Made by a program: the position numbers and the translations under genes
Shown here: positions 25,098-37,600 of the stretch, piece after piece
Layout: each line of letters begins with the position of its first letter
Numbering within the stretch: the first letter of the stretch is position 1
Origin: Bacteroidaceae bacterium
GTDB lineage: Bacteria > Actinomycetota > Coriobacteriia > Coriobacteriales > Atopobiaceae
Direction of reading: 5' to 3'
Assembly (NCBI GenBank): GCA_963658035.1
Contig: CAVKOL010000002.1
Span: forward strand, 1 to 48,367
DNA: 48,367 nucleotides
The notes under the pieces: model-generated
Told to the model about the DNA's origin: nothing
The model's database searches: none
What the model saw: only the letters and a program-made list of their open reading frames with translations

Positions 25098-25685
25098 TTA
25101 GGCTGCAAGGGCCGCCTTGAGGCCCGCCAGGTCAGAGAACTCGGTCTCGACGTTGCCGTTTTGGCGGTCGATCTTGATGACCTTGCCCTTCCAGGTGGGC
25201 TCGGCCCGCTGCTCGGCCGCACCAGCGGCCGCGGTGCCTTCCCCAGCCGGGGGCTCAAAGGCCTCGACCTTGGCCTCGTCGTCCTGGGCATCTGCCGCCT
25301 TGAACTTATCGGTCTGGACCACAAACTGGTACTCGAACTCGCCCTGCTCAGGCATGTCCTGGTTAGAGAAGTCGTAGTCCAGCTGCTCCAGGATGGACTG
25401 CATGACGTCCACACGGTCCTGCGCGCTCTCAACGCTCACGACGCCGCGCTCAGAGTTGAACAGAGCGTTGGGCGCCACGTAGATCGTGCGGATCTGGCGC
25501 TGACGCGACTGCTCAAAGCGAACAATGCCCACGATGATCAGCGCGTCAAGCACCCACCACAGGATAGAGACCACAAGGTCAAGCGGGTTGTCGACCTCGT
25601 TGAAGCCCAGGCGGAACCACAGCCACAGCAAGAAAGCCGAAACCAAAATCGCGATGGCCATGACCAGGTAGTTGTTCTTCTTCAT
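25098..25685 (-). CDS. Hypothetical membrane protein (2 N-terminal TM helices plus an acidic soluble domain)
   Basis: 195 aa, starts 3 nt after the adhesin stop with a GGAGG RBS inside the adhesin's last codons; host-like codon usage. Confidence 0.85.
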   Translation of the reverse strand: MKKNNYLVMAIAILVSAFLLWLWFRLGFNEVDNPLDLVVSILWWVLDALIIVGIVRFEQSRQRQIRTIYVAPNALFNSERGVVSVESAQDRVDVMQSILEQLDYDFSNQDMPEQGEFEYQFVVQTDKFKAADAQDDEAKVEAFEPPAGEGTAAAGAAEQRAEPTWKGKVIKIDRQNGNVETEFSDLAGLKAALAA

Positions 25686-25688
25686 GGC

Positions 25689-28600
25689 TTAGGCCTCCAT
25701 TCCTGCGGTCTTGGTGGCGTCGACGGGCGAGGTGCCCTCGTCGTCGTTGCCGCCAAGAAGGTCGTTCATGTTCTTGCGGAGCTTGCGGGTGTGGTTGGTG
25801 CGGTGCAGCCACACGGCCAGGCCGTAGATGGCGGTCACAACCATGCCCACAAACATCCAGAAGTGGACCCAGCAAGACCTCTGAGTAGTGCCCAAGGGGT
25901 TGGCCTCGTCGTAGATGACCTCGTCGTCAGCAGACTCGCCGGTGACGGTCTCTGCCACGGTCTCCAAGGCCTCAACCACGGTGTCGAGAGGAGCGGGCAG
26001 CTCGTCGACGGTGGTGGCGGGCGTCACGGGCGCGGGAGCCGGCGTGGGCGTGGTGCCGCCGTCGGTCGGGGTCGTGTCGCCGCCGTTGTTGTCGGGCGTC
26101 GGCGTGGGCGTCGGGACGGCCTCGGTCACCGTCAGGGAGCCAAGCTCCTCGACGATGGTGTAGTTGCTGGCCTTGGCGCCGCGCCAGTCGATCTGGTAGC
26201 CGTTGACGGAGGTGCCAAGCTCGGTCTGGCTGCCGGTGGTGCTGGCAACCACGTAGTCGTTGCCCACAAGGCCGCTAAGGGTCAGCTCGCTGCTGGTCAG
26301 CGCGCTACCGTCGTAAGGCTTGGTGGCAGAACCGGTGATGACGGTAAGAACAGCCGGGCGGATCTGGTACGTGGCGTCCAGCTCGCCGGTGTAGTTGCCC
26401 TTGCCCTTGACGGTGACGGTCACGGTGCCGGCGTTGGTGGTGTCCTCGCTGTAGACCAGCTCGTAATCCACGCCCTCAACCAGCTCGTTGCCGTCGGCGT
26501 CCTTGACGGTGGGCTTCTGCTGCTGCTCGCGGCCGTTGTAGGTGACGTCCTCGGGGTCCTCAATGGTGAAGGTGCGCTTCAACGTGGAGTCGTCGGGGTT
26601 GTCGGGGTCGGCCTGCTTGTGGTTGTCAACCGTATTGGTGTCCTCGCCGTGGACGGGGTTGCCCGCCGGGTCGGTGCCGTCGGCGGTCGCGCGGTTGCTC
26701 ACGCTACCGGCGGCGATGTCGGCGTCGGTCACGGTGTAGGTGGTGTAGAACTCACGGCTCTCGCCGACGGCCAGGGTGACGTCGGACTGGCTAAAGCCGG
26801 TCTTGGCGTCGGCCACGGTGATGCCGCTCACGCTGACGTTGCCCTTGTTGGTGACCTTGATGGTGTACTTCACTACATCGCCCGCGGCGTAGGATCCGGC
26901 TGCGGCGGTCTTCTCGACAACCAGGTCGTTAGAGACGGCCTCGGTGGTGGTGTCGGTACGACCCTCGTCGCCGGTCACCTTGTTGCCGCTGGGATCGGTG
27001 GCGGTGCCGGTGGCCACGTTGACCACCTTGCCGGCCACCATGTCGGCCTCGGTCACGGTGTAGCTGGTGGGAATGACCTTGGACTCGCCACGAGCCAGGT
27101 CAAAGGCATCAGAGACAAGCCCGGTGAGGTCGTCGGTCACCACGACGCCGGTGAGGTCGACGTTGCCGTTGTTGACCACGGTCAGCGTGTAGTCGATCAC
27201 GTCGCCGGCCTTGACGTCGGTCACGCCGCCGTCGGACTTAACGATGTAGAAGGACGGCGCGGCCTTCTCGGTGTGGTCCTCGTGGGTACCCGGGGTAACG
27301 GGCGTCGGGTCAACGGGGTCCACAGGGTTGTCGCCGGTGGCGGTCGCGGTGTTGACGACCTTGCCGGCCACGACGTCGGCCTGGGTCACGGTGTAGGTGT
27401 AGTGCAGCTCCTTGTACTCGCCGGGCAGCAGGCTGGCGATCTGCGCGGTCTCGCCCTGGGCCAGCACGACGCCGTCCAGCTGGTCGTTGACGTTGACGTT
27501 GTTGATCGTCACGTTACCGGTGTTCTTGACGGTAACGGTGTAGTTGACGACGTCGCCCTCCTTGAGCAGGGTGTCGGCCGCAACGTCGCTGGTCTTGGTG
27601 ACGGTGAGCTGCGGGTTGGCGTCGTCGACGTTGGTCTTGTCGTCGGCATCGTAGGTCTTATCGATGCCAGAGAAAGTCACGGTGGCGGTGTTGGTGAACT
27701 CGCCGGCCAGGATGTCCTTCTCCTGGATAGTGTAGGTGGCGGTGGTCGTCACGGTCTCGCCGGGCCGGACGTTCTCAAAGACGCTCTGCTCGAGCAAGGC
27801 GCCCTCGATCTCGCCAAAGGTCACGGTTTTGGCCGTGTCATAGATGTTCTTGGCCGTGATGGTGTAGGTCACGGTGTCGCCCAGGCCGTAGGTGCCGGCC
27901 TCGTGCGTCTTGGTGACCACCACGTTGTCGTCGACGTCGTCGGTCACCGTAAGGGTGCCGATCTTCTCGACCACTGTGTAGTTGGACTGCTTGGCGGTGT
28001 AGCCGTTGCCGCCAATGCCCAGAATGCCGGCATTAGCCCACTCGATTGAGTAGGTGTTGGCCGAGCTACCCACCTGCGTCTGGCTGCCGGTGGTGGCAAA
28101 GCCAATGGTCTCACCCTTCACCAGGCCGCTGTAGGAGCCGGGGGCGAGAAGAGCCTGGCCGTCGTAGGTCTTGGTGCGGTCGGGAGTGACCACGGTCAAG
28201 GTCGCGGGCAGGATCTGGTAGGTGGCGGTACCGGCACCGGTGTAGTTACCCTTGCCGGTAACGGTCACGGTCACAGTACCGGTGTTGGTGGTGTCCTGGG
28301 TGTAGGTGAGGTCGTAGTCCACGCCCTCAACCAGGTCGTTGCCGTCGGCGTCCTTGACCGCGGGCTTCTGCTTCTGGGAGTCGCCGTTGTAGGTGACGTC
28401 GTCGGGGTCGGCCACGGTGAAGGTGCGCTTAAGCGTGGGGTCGTCCGGGTTGTCGGGGTCGGTCTGCTTGTGGTTGTCCACGGTGCAAGTGTCCTCGCCG
28501 TGGACGGGGTTGCCCGCGGGGTCGGTGCCGTTGGCGGTCGCGAGGTTCTCGACCTTGCCGGCGGCGATGTCGGCGTCGGTCACCACGTAGGTGGTGGTGA

Positions 28601-31600
28601 ACTCGCGGCTCTCGTTAACGCCCAGAGTAACGCCGGACTCGTTGAGGCCGGTCTTGGCGTCGGCCACGGTGATGCCGCTCACGGTGACGTTGCCCTCATT
28701 GGTGACCTTGATGATGTACTTCACCACGTCGCCCGCAGCGTAGGAGCCGACTGCGGCGGTCTTCTCAACCGTCAGCCTGCCGTCGATGTCCTCGGTAGTG
28801 GAGGTCGTCTCGCCCTGGCCGGGAACGTTGTTGCCGCTGGGGTCGGTCGCGGTAGCGGTGGCCACGTTGACGACCTTGCCGGCCACCATGTCGGCCTCGG
28901 TCACGGTGTAGGTGGTGGTGAAGGTCGCGTAGTCGCCCTTCGCGATGTCGACAGAGTCGGACGTGAAGCCGGTAAGCTCATCGGTCACAGTGACGCCGGT
29001 GAGGTCGACGTTGCCGTTGTTGGTGGCGGTGACCGTGTAGGTGATCACGTCGCCCGCCTTGACGCCCTCGGTCTTGTCGGCGGTCTTCTCAATGTACAGA
29101 GAAGCGCTGGCGGACTCGGTCGGGTCAGTGGTCTCGCCCGGGGTGACGTCGGTCTGCTTGTCGCTCGGGTTGTCCGCGGTGGCGGTGGCGGTGTTGGCCA
29201 CCTTGCCGGCCACGACGTCGGCCTGGGTCACGACGTAGCTGTAGTGCAGGGTGGCGCTGGCGCCGGGGGCCAGGCTGGCGATGGCCGAGCTCTCGCCCGC
29301 GGTCAGGACCGCGCCCTCAAGCTCGTCGATAACGACGACGTTGGTGAGGGTCAGGTTGCCCGCGTTCGTGGCGGTGACGGTGTAGCTGACAACGTCGCCC
29401 TCCTTGAGCAGGGTGCCCTCGGCCACGTCGCTGGACTTGGTAACGACCAGCTTGGGGTTGGCGTTGTCGATGGGCTTGTCGGAGTCCTTGCCGCCGATGG
29501 TCTCGGAGTCCTCGCCGTACGGGACGCGCGGGCTCTCGGGATCCTTGGGGTTGGGAACGTCATCGCCCTGGGCGGTCACGGTGTTCTTGTAGGAGCCGGC
29601 CACGATGTCGGACTCGGTGATCACGTGCGTGGTCGTGAACTCCTTGGACTCTCCCACGACGAGCTCCGCGATGTTCTCGTAAAGACCGGTCTGGGCGTCG
29701 TTGACCTTGACGTTGTAGTAAGGCACGTTGCCCTTGTTGGTCACGGTGATGGTGTACTCGACGGTCTCGCCCAGCTTGTAGGAGCCGGACGCGGACGCCT
29801 TGGCGGTCTTGGTGACCTCGAGGGTGGCGTCGACATCATCGACGTCGGTTTCGACCGTACCGTCCTCGGGCGTCGGGACGACCTTGGGGTCGTCGGTGGT
29901 GCCGCCGGTGGTGGTGGCGATGTTAAGGACGTCGCCGTTAAGGATGTCAGCAGAGATGACCTTGTGGCTGGCCGCGATGGCAGTCGTAGTCGCGCCGGGG
30001 GCAAGAGACGCCACGGTCACGGGAGCGAAGCCGTCGGCGTTATCGTCCACGACCTGGAAGTTCTTGGCCGTGAGGTTGCCGTTGTTGGTAACGGTGATCT
30101 CGTACTCGATGGTCTCGCCGAGCTTGAAGGCGCCATTCTCGCCCGTGCCGCGGTTGGTCACGATCTTGGAGACGACCAGGTCGGCGCGGCCGTTATCGAT
30201 CGGGTAGTCGCCCTCGTCGCCGCCGATGACCTCGGTGTCCTCACCGGACGGGGTGACCGGGGTATCGGTCTTCGGGTCGGTCACGGCGTCGGCCGTGGCG
30301 GTCGCGGTGTTGGCGTAGGTGCCGACCACGATGTCGGCCTCGGAGATGACGTGGGTGGTCGTGAACTGCTTCTCCTCATCAACAGCGAGAGTCTCAATGA
30401 TCTCGTTGAGGCCGGTCTTGGGGTCGACGACCTTGACGTTGTTGTAGGCCACGTTGCCCTTGTTGGTCACCGTAATGGTGTAGGTGACCTCCTCGCCACG
30501 CTCATAGGCCTTGCCGTTGGCGGGCGCCGAGGCGGTCTTCTCGACGTCGAGGGTCGTGTTGAGCTCGTCGATGGTCTTGGTGTCGGAGCCCTTGCCGTCA
30601 ACGTCGTTGCCGGACGGGTCGGTGCCCTTGGCGGTGGCGGTGTTGACCATGGTGCCGGCCAGGATGTCGGCCTCGGTCACCTTGTGGGTTGCCGTGAAGG
30701 TCGCGGACTGGCCGGGCTCAAGGGAGTCGACGGTCTTCTCGCCGAAGTTGTCGGCGTTGGGGTCGGTAACCGTGATGTTGGTCACGGTCTGGTTGCCGGT
30801 GTTCTTGACGGTGATGCTGTAGTTGATGGTCTCGCCCAGCTTGAAGGCGCCGTCGGCGGCGGTGCCGTTCTGCTCGGCGGCCTTGGTCACGGTCAGGGCC
30901 GCGGCGGGCGTGTCGGTGGGCTCGGTGTCGGTGCCAGGCTCGACGGGCACGACAGGCTTATCCGGGTCGGTGCTGGTGCCCGTGGCGGTGGCCTCGTTTA
31001 CCACGGAGCCGGCGCGGACGTCGGCCTCGGTCACCACGTGGGTGGCGTCGAACTCGGCGGAGGCGCCCGGGGCAAGAGACGCGATGGTCTGCTCCTCGAA
31101 GCCGTCGGCGTTGGCGTCGTTGACCTTGACGTTGTTAACCGTCAGGTTGCCGTCGTTGGTGACGACAATCTTATAAGAGATGGTCTCGCCAAGCTTGTAG
31201 GCCTTGCCGTCGGCAGGCTCACTCGTGGCGGTCTTGGTCACGGTGACGTGGCCGTTCTTGGACTCGGTCTTGTCCTCCTTCTCGCCAGGAACGACCTCGG
31301 GGTCCCCGCCGTCGGTCTTGCCAGAGGCGGTGGCGGTGTTAAGGACCTTGCCGGCGAGAATATCGCTCTCGGTCACGGTGTAGACGTACTTGACCGTGGC
31401 AGAAGCGCCAGGAGCCAGCGTGCCAACCTCGGCGCTCTGGCCCTCGGCCAGGGTTGCGCCGGTCAGCTGGTCCTCGACCACGACATCGGTCGCAGTCAGG
31501 TTGCCGGAGTTGGTGACCTTGACATCGTAAGCGATCTGCTCGCCCAAGGCGTAGGTGCTGCCGTTGGCGGGCTTGCTCGTAGTGGTCTTCTCCACCGTGA

Positions 31601-34600
31601 GCTGGGCCGCGGCCTCGTCGGCCTCGACCGTGTCCTCGGCAGAGTAGGTCTTATCGGTACCGGAGAAGGACACGGTAGCAGTGTTCTTGAAGCTGCCGGC
31701 CAGGATATCGGCCTCGGTAATGGTGTAGGTAGCCGTGGCGGTCACAGAAGCGCCGGGGGCAACGTTCTCGAAAACGCTCTGGTCAAGCGAGACACCCTCT
31801 TGCTCCGTGATGGTCAGGGTCTTAGCCGTGTCATAGATGTTCTTCGCCGTGATGGTGAAGCTCACGGTATCGCCCAGGTAGTAGGTGCCTGCGGTGTGCG
31901 TCTTAGTAATGACCTTGCTGTTATCGCTAGGCTCGGTCACCTTAAGGGTGCCCAAAGTCGCAGCCACGGTGTAGTTGTTCTTGTCGGCAGTGCCGTCCCA
32001 ATCAATCTTGTAGCCGTTCTCGCTCTCGCCCACGTAGGTCTGAGAACCCGTGGTCGTGAACGTAGCGGTCTCGTTCTTAACGAAACCAGAGATAGAACCG
32101 GCGGCGGTCAGCGCCTCGCCGTCATACTCCTTCTCCGCATCAGGCGTAGAGACGGTAAGCGTAGCCGGCGTCACCTTAAGCGTTGCCGTAGCAGCAGTGT
32201 CAACGTTGAACTGATCGGTAACGTCGTTGCCGCCCTTGTCCTTGATGACAAACGCGTCGACCTTAGCGGTGGTCTCGCCAGCATTGGTGATGCTAGCGTT
32301 GCTGGTGATCTCATACGTGAAGCCAGTGGGCAAGCTGCCGGCGATGGAGCCGGTAGCCTCGTGAGCATCGCCGTCGTAAGCACCCTCGTAGCCAGTAAGC
32401 TTCACGACGATCGAGCTGTCGTCCTTGCGAACGCTGAGGCTGCCGTTGACCTTTGCGATGTCGTAGTTGTTGGCGTCGGTGTTGTCCTTAAGCGTGTACG
32501 TGAACTCGTTCTCCTTCGAGTCCCCAACGTTCTTGACAGAGTTGGAGAAGGAGTAGAACGCAACGCCCTGCTCGCCAACAAACGAACCGCTGGTCACAGA
32601 GGCACTCTCGGCCTTCTGCTCTTCGCCGTTGTAGACAAAGTCGCCGTCGGCAGAGGTGATGGTCACCTGGCGCTTGTTAATCGTGAGCTTCTCGGTGCCA
32701 TAGACGTAGCCGTCGAAGTTCTCGCTAGAAGCACGAACCGAGACGACCTTGGAGTCAGACACATTGGTAGCGGAGAAGGACGAAGGATCCTCAGTCCAGG
32801 TCACACCATCAAGGCTGTACTCAATCTTGGCGGTGTTGTTGTAGTTAACCGTCGCGGTCGCGGCAGGCAGCGTGTAGGTGTTGCCGTCGTAGGTCTCCAC
32901 CTTGTCAGAGACGCTCAGCGTAATGTTGCCCTCGGCGCTTGCCTTGTTGACAATCAGCTTGCCGTAGACCTTGGTTATCTCGTAGTTGCTCGCAAGCGTG
33001 CCGTCCTTGAGCACGTAGTCGAACTCGTTAACGTAGCCCTCGGTGTTGGGCAGGATGAAATTGCTGTCGTACCAGGTGTAGTTCTGGCTGACGTTCTCGC
33101 CCGTGGCAAAGCCGTCGCCGCTGACAGTGACGCCACGGCGCGTGATGGTCTTGCCGTCGTACTTCTTGTTGCCAGAGTCGGACGTAAGCGTGACCTGGCG
33201 CTTAGTGATCTTGTACTCCTTGGTCACCGAGCCGGTGTAGTTGCCGGCGCCAGTAATGGTCACCGTGATGGTGCCGACGTTCTTGAAATCGGTGGTCTCG
33301 ACGCCATCGCGCTTGTACGAAATGGTGTAATCGGTGCCGGCGATCAGGGCGTTGCCGTCCTTATCCTCAACCAGCGGGACCCACTGGTGATTAGCGGCGT
33401 CGTACTTAGAGTCGATGGGGTCGTCGATCTCCACGCCCTTGTAGGACGGATTGGGTTCCTCGTCGGTTCCGGGCACGATGGACTGCTTGGTCACCTCAAG
33501 GGTGCCGTTGATATAGGTAATGTCGTAGTTGCTAACCTTGGCCGTAGCGCTGTCCTTAGCAGCAAAGGCGTTGGGGCTAGAACCCTCGTCGGTCTGAGTG
33601 CCATAGAAGTCGTAGTCGAAGCTCTGGCCGCTAACAAGGCCGGTCTTCTCGGTGGTCTCGGAAGCGGTGGCCACGTGCTTGGTCAACGCGGTGCCGTCAT
33701 AAACCTTGGAGGCGTCGGCAGAAGTCAGGGTGACCGGGCGAGCGGTGACGTTGAGGTAGCCCTTGAACTCGGTGTTGATGCCACTGAAGTTGCTCGTCAC
33801 GTCATCGCCGGCAGCGTTGAAGATCTTGAAGGTGTCGACCTCAACGTAGCTCTGGCCCTTATCGGTCTGGGAGCCCTTAAGGGTATAGCTGCTGGTAAAG
33901 CCGGCCGGAACGCCCATAACCGTAGCCGTGGTGTCCTCGCCCTCGAGCGCAGTGCCGTCGTAGACCTTGGTTGCGCCGGCGGGAACGACGTAAATCGCTG
34001 CGGTGTTAGGCGTCACCTCAAGCTCGCCAAGCTCCTCCTCAACGGTGTAGTTGGAAGCTTTAGCGGTGCTGTCGGCAGCAGCCCAGTCAATGGTATAGGT
34101 GTTGGAACTCTTGCCAACGGTGGTCTGAGAACCAGTAGTCAAGAAGGGCGCGTAGTCGCCATCGACAAAACCGGTGACCTTGCCCTGGGCAGTGAGGGCA
34201 GAGCCGTTGTACTGCTGCTTGGCAGAAGGCGTGGTGACCTTAAGGGTCGCGGGCGTGATCTTAATGGTGCCGTCGTGCTTATCGAGCTTGAGGTCGGCAG
34301 TGACGTCGACGCCGTCGGTGTTCTTGATCACAAACGTGTCCGCGGTAGCCGTGATGCCGTCGCCGTTGACGTCGGTCGCCTTCGCGCTAGAAGCCGCCTC
34401 GACGGTGTAGCCGGCGGGCAGGTTGGTCACGGTAACGGTGGCGCCGTGCTCCTTGCCGTCGTAAACACCGGTGTAACCGGTGGTGGTCACAACTACAACG
34501 TTGGAGCTCTCGGTAACGGTCAGGGTGCCAAGCTGCTCGGAGACGGTGTAGTTGCCCTGCTTGGCAGTGCCGGTCCACTCAATCTCGTACGTGTTGGTGC

Positions 34601-37600
34601 TGGACCCCGTCTTGGTCTGGGAGCCAGTAGTGGAGAAGACCGTGGTCTCGTTGTTCACAAAGCCAGAGATGCTGCCGGCAGCCGTGAGCGGCTGGCCGTC
34701 ATAAGACTTGCTGTCGCTGGGAGTAACAACGTTAAGCGTGGCCGGGTTGATCTGATAGGTACGATCAAAGCTGCCGGAGTAGTTGCCCTTACCGGTGATG
34801 GTCACGGTAATGATGCCGTCAACGTTGGTGAAGTCGGTACGAGTGCCGTAGCCAACCTCGTAATCGGTGCCCTCGACGAGGGTCTTCTCGCCGTCCATAA
34901 CAGCCGGGACCCACTTGTGCCCCTGGCCGTCATAGGTCACGTTGCTGGGGTCGTCGACCGTGATGGTGTAGGTCTCATCCTCGGTGGGAACGATGGACTT
35001 GGCGGTAACCGTCAGCGTGCCCTTGTTCTCGGACTGGATGTAGTAGTTGCTCTCCTGGGCGCTACCCCACTCGATGGTGTAGCCGTTCTCGGAAGAGCCC
35101 TCGTCGGTCTGGGAACCCGTGGCGTTCACCGTGGCGGTCTCGCCGTTAACAAGGCCGGTGAGGTTATCGGCCGTGGCCGCAGCGGTCAACGGAGTGCCGT
35201 CGTAAACCTTGGAAGCGCTGGGGGTGCTCACCTGCAGCGGAGCCGGGGTGATCTTGTAGGTCTTGGCCACGGTGCCGGAGTAGTTGCCCTTGCCGGTGAT
35301 GACGACCGTGATGGTGCCGGTGTTGGTGAAGTCGTCGGTCGCATCCTCGCTGCGCTTGTACACGACGCCATAGTCGACGCCCTCGGTAAGCACGGTACCC
35401 TGAGCACTCTTAACCGTCGGCGCCCACTTTTGAGCAGCGCCGTTGTAGACAACGTCGGAGGGCTCGTTCACGGTAGCGCCGGTGTAGCTATCGCCGTCCT
35501 CGGGGTTAATGGACTGAGCGGTAACCGTCAGCGTGCCGAGAACGGGCTCGGAGATCTCGTAGTTACTGAGCCTATCGGCCTTGATCTGATACTCAATAGT
35601 GTTGGTAGACGAGCCGACCTCGGTCTGGGAACCGGTGCACTCAATGACCGGGTAACCATCGGAGCCCAAGACATAGTCGTCGTAGACGATGCCGCCGTTC
35701 AGGTGAGGCAGCACGTCATAACCGTCCCAGTCGTTCTTGGTGGTCAGCGCGGTTCCGTCGTAGACCTTGGTCGCGCTCTTGGTCTTAACCTGGACCGGGC
35801 GCTTCGTGATGGTGATGGTCTCGGTAGCGGTGGCCGTGCCATCAAAGTTAGGCGACGTAGCGCGGATGTTCACAACCACAGGCTCGGTCGTGGCGTTCGT
35901 CTGCTTGATGGAGCTGGGGTCGGAGTACCAATCACCATAGGGATCGCTCGCAAGCTGGTACTCAATCGTGACGTCGTCAGTAAGGTCGTTGCCCTCGTTG
36001 TCCTTCGGCGCGGCGCTAGCGGTGCCCGCGGAGTGCGAATTGGCATCATAAACAGCCGTCACGTCGGCACCGGCGAGGTTGAGGTTCGCGGCAGAGAGCT
36101 TGTTGACCGTCAGGTCGCCCTCAACCGTGGTGATGCTGTAGTTGGTGGCAGAGGTACCCTCATTCAGCTCATAGGTGAAAGCGTTCTTGCTCGTGCCAGC
36201 ATTGGTCTGGGAGCCGGTAGTCGCAGCAGTGAAGCCCTGCTCGCCGACGAAGCCTTCGTTCTTCTCGGCGTCATAGGCGGTAGCGGTGACCTGGTCGTTG
36301 GTCAGCGCGGTGCCATCATAGTCCTTGGTGGCGCTGCCAGAAGTCAGCGTCACGGGGCGCTTGGTGATTTCATACGTCTTGGTGATAGAGCCGGAGTAGT
36401 TACCCTTGCCGGTGATGGTCACCGTAATGGTGCCGTCGACGTTGGTGAAGTCGGTGCGGTCGTTGAAGCTGACCTCGTAATCGGTGCCCTCGACGAGGGT
36501 CGTCTCGCCGTCCTTAACAACCGGGGCCCACTTGTGCTCCCGGCCGTCATAAACAGTGTTGCTGGGGTCGTTGACGGACATGTCGTTGGTCAGAGTCTTG
36601 GCGTTGATGGTCAAGCTGCCCGAGACGCTAATGTTGTAGTTGCCGGTGGAGTCGGTGATGCCGTCGGCCTTGGCGACGCTCCAGGTGTAGTTGGAGACCT
36701 GGGTGTACGGAGTGGTAGAAGCAGCGGTACCGGCAACCTTTGCGCCCTCGAGCGTCAAGGTCTCGCCGGCGAGAAGACCGGTGGCCTTCGCTGCGGTCAA
36801 CTCAAGCGCCTGCTCCTGGCCGTTGTAGGTTACGTTCGTGGAATCATCAACAGTAATGTTGAGCGGGTTCACCTGCAGCGAGTACTCGGCAGTAGCCGCG
36901 TGCTCAGCGTCGCTGTTGGTGTAGTTGGAGTTGTAGGCACGGACCTTCACGTCCACCTTAGAGACGGTGCCGTCAGCAGCACGAACGACATCGGTGACAG
37001 AAGGCGCGTTGGCAGTCCAGGTCTTACCGCCATCGGTGCTGTACTCAACCGTGGTGCCTTCGGTGACGTTGACCGTAACAGAACCGCTGTGGGCCTGGGC
37101 GTCATAAGAGCCGGAGTAGCCCGTGGCGTTGACGGTCAGACCGTCCTTCTTGGTGATGGTCAGCGTGGCAGAGACAGAGATGGTGTAGTTGTCGGTCGAG
37201 TCGGCGCCGGACTTTGCGACGCTCCACTGATAGCCGCTGAGACCAGCGTTGTCCTTGGTGTAGACCCCGGCGTCGGTACCCGAAATCGGGCAGTCCCAAA
37301 GCTTAAGCGTCTCGCCGGTCACGACACCAGTAACGGTGACGCCCTCGACGTTCTTGCCATCCTCGGCGTAGATGTACTTGGTCTGCTCCTGGCCGGTGTA
37401 CTCGGTCGAGAAGCTACCCGTGACCGTAATTTCGGCCTTGGAGATGGTGAATTCCTTCTCGGCAGAGAGCTCAGGATAGTTCTTGGTCGCAGCCCACGTG
37501 GCAACGACCTTGTAGTCGCCAGCGTTGACGGGAGCAGCGTCGAGCGCCTCCCACTCGCTGCCGTTCTTCTTGTAATAGGTATAGGTTGCCTGATCGCTGT

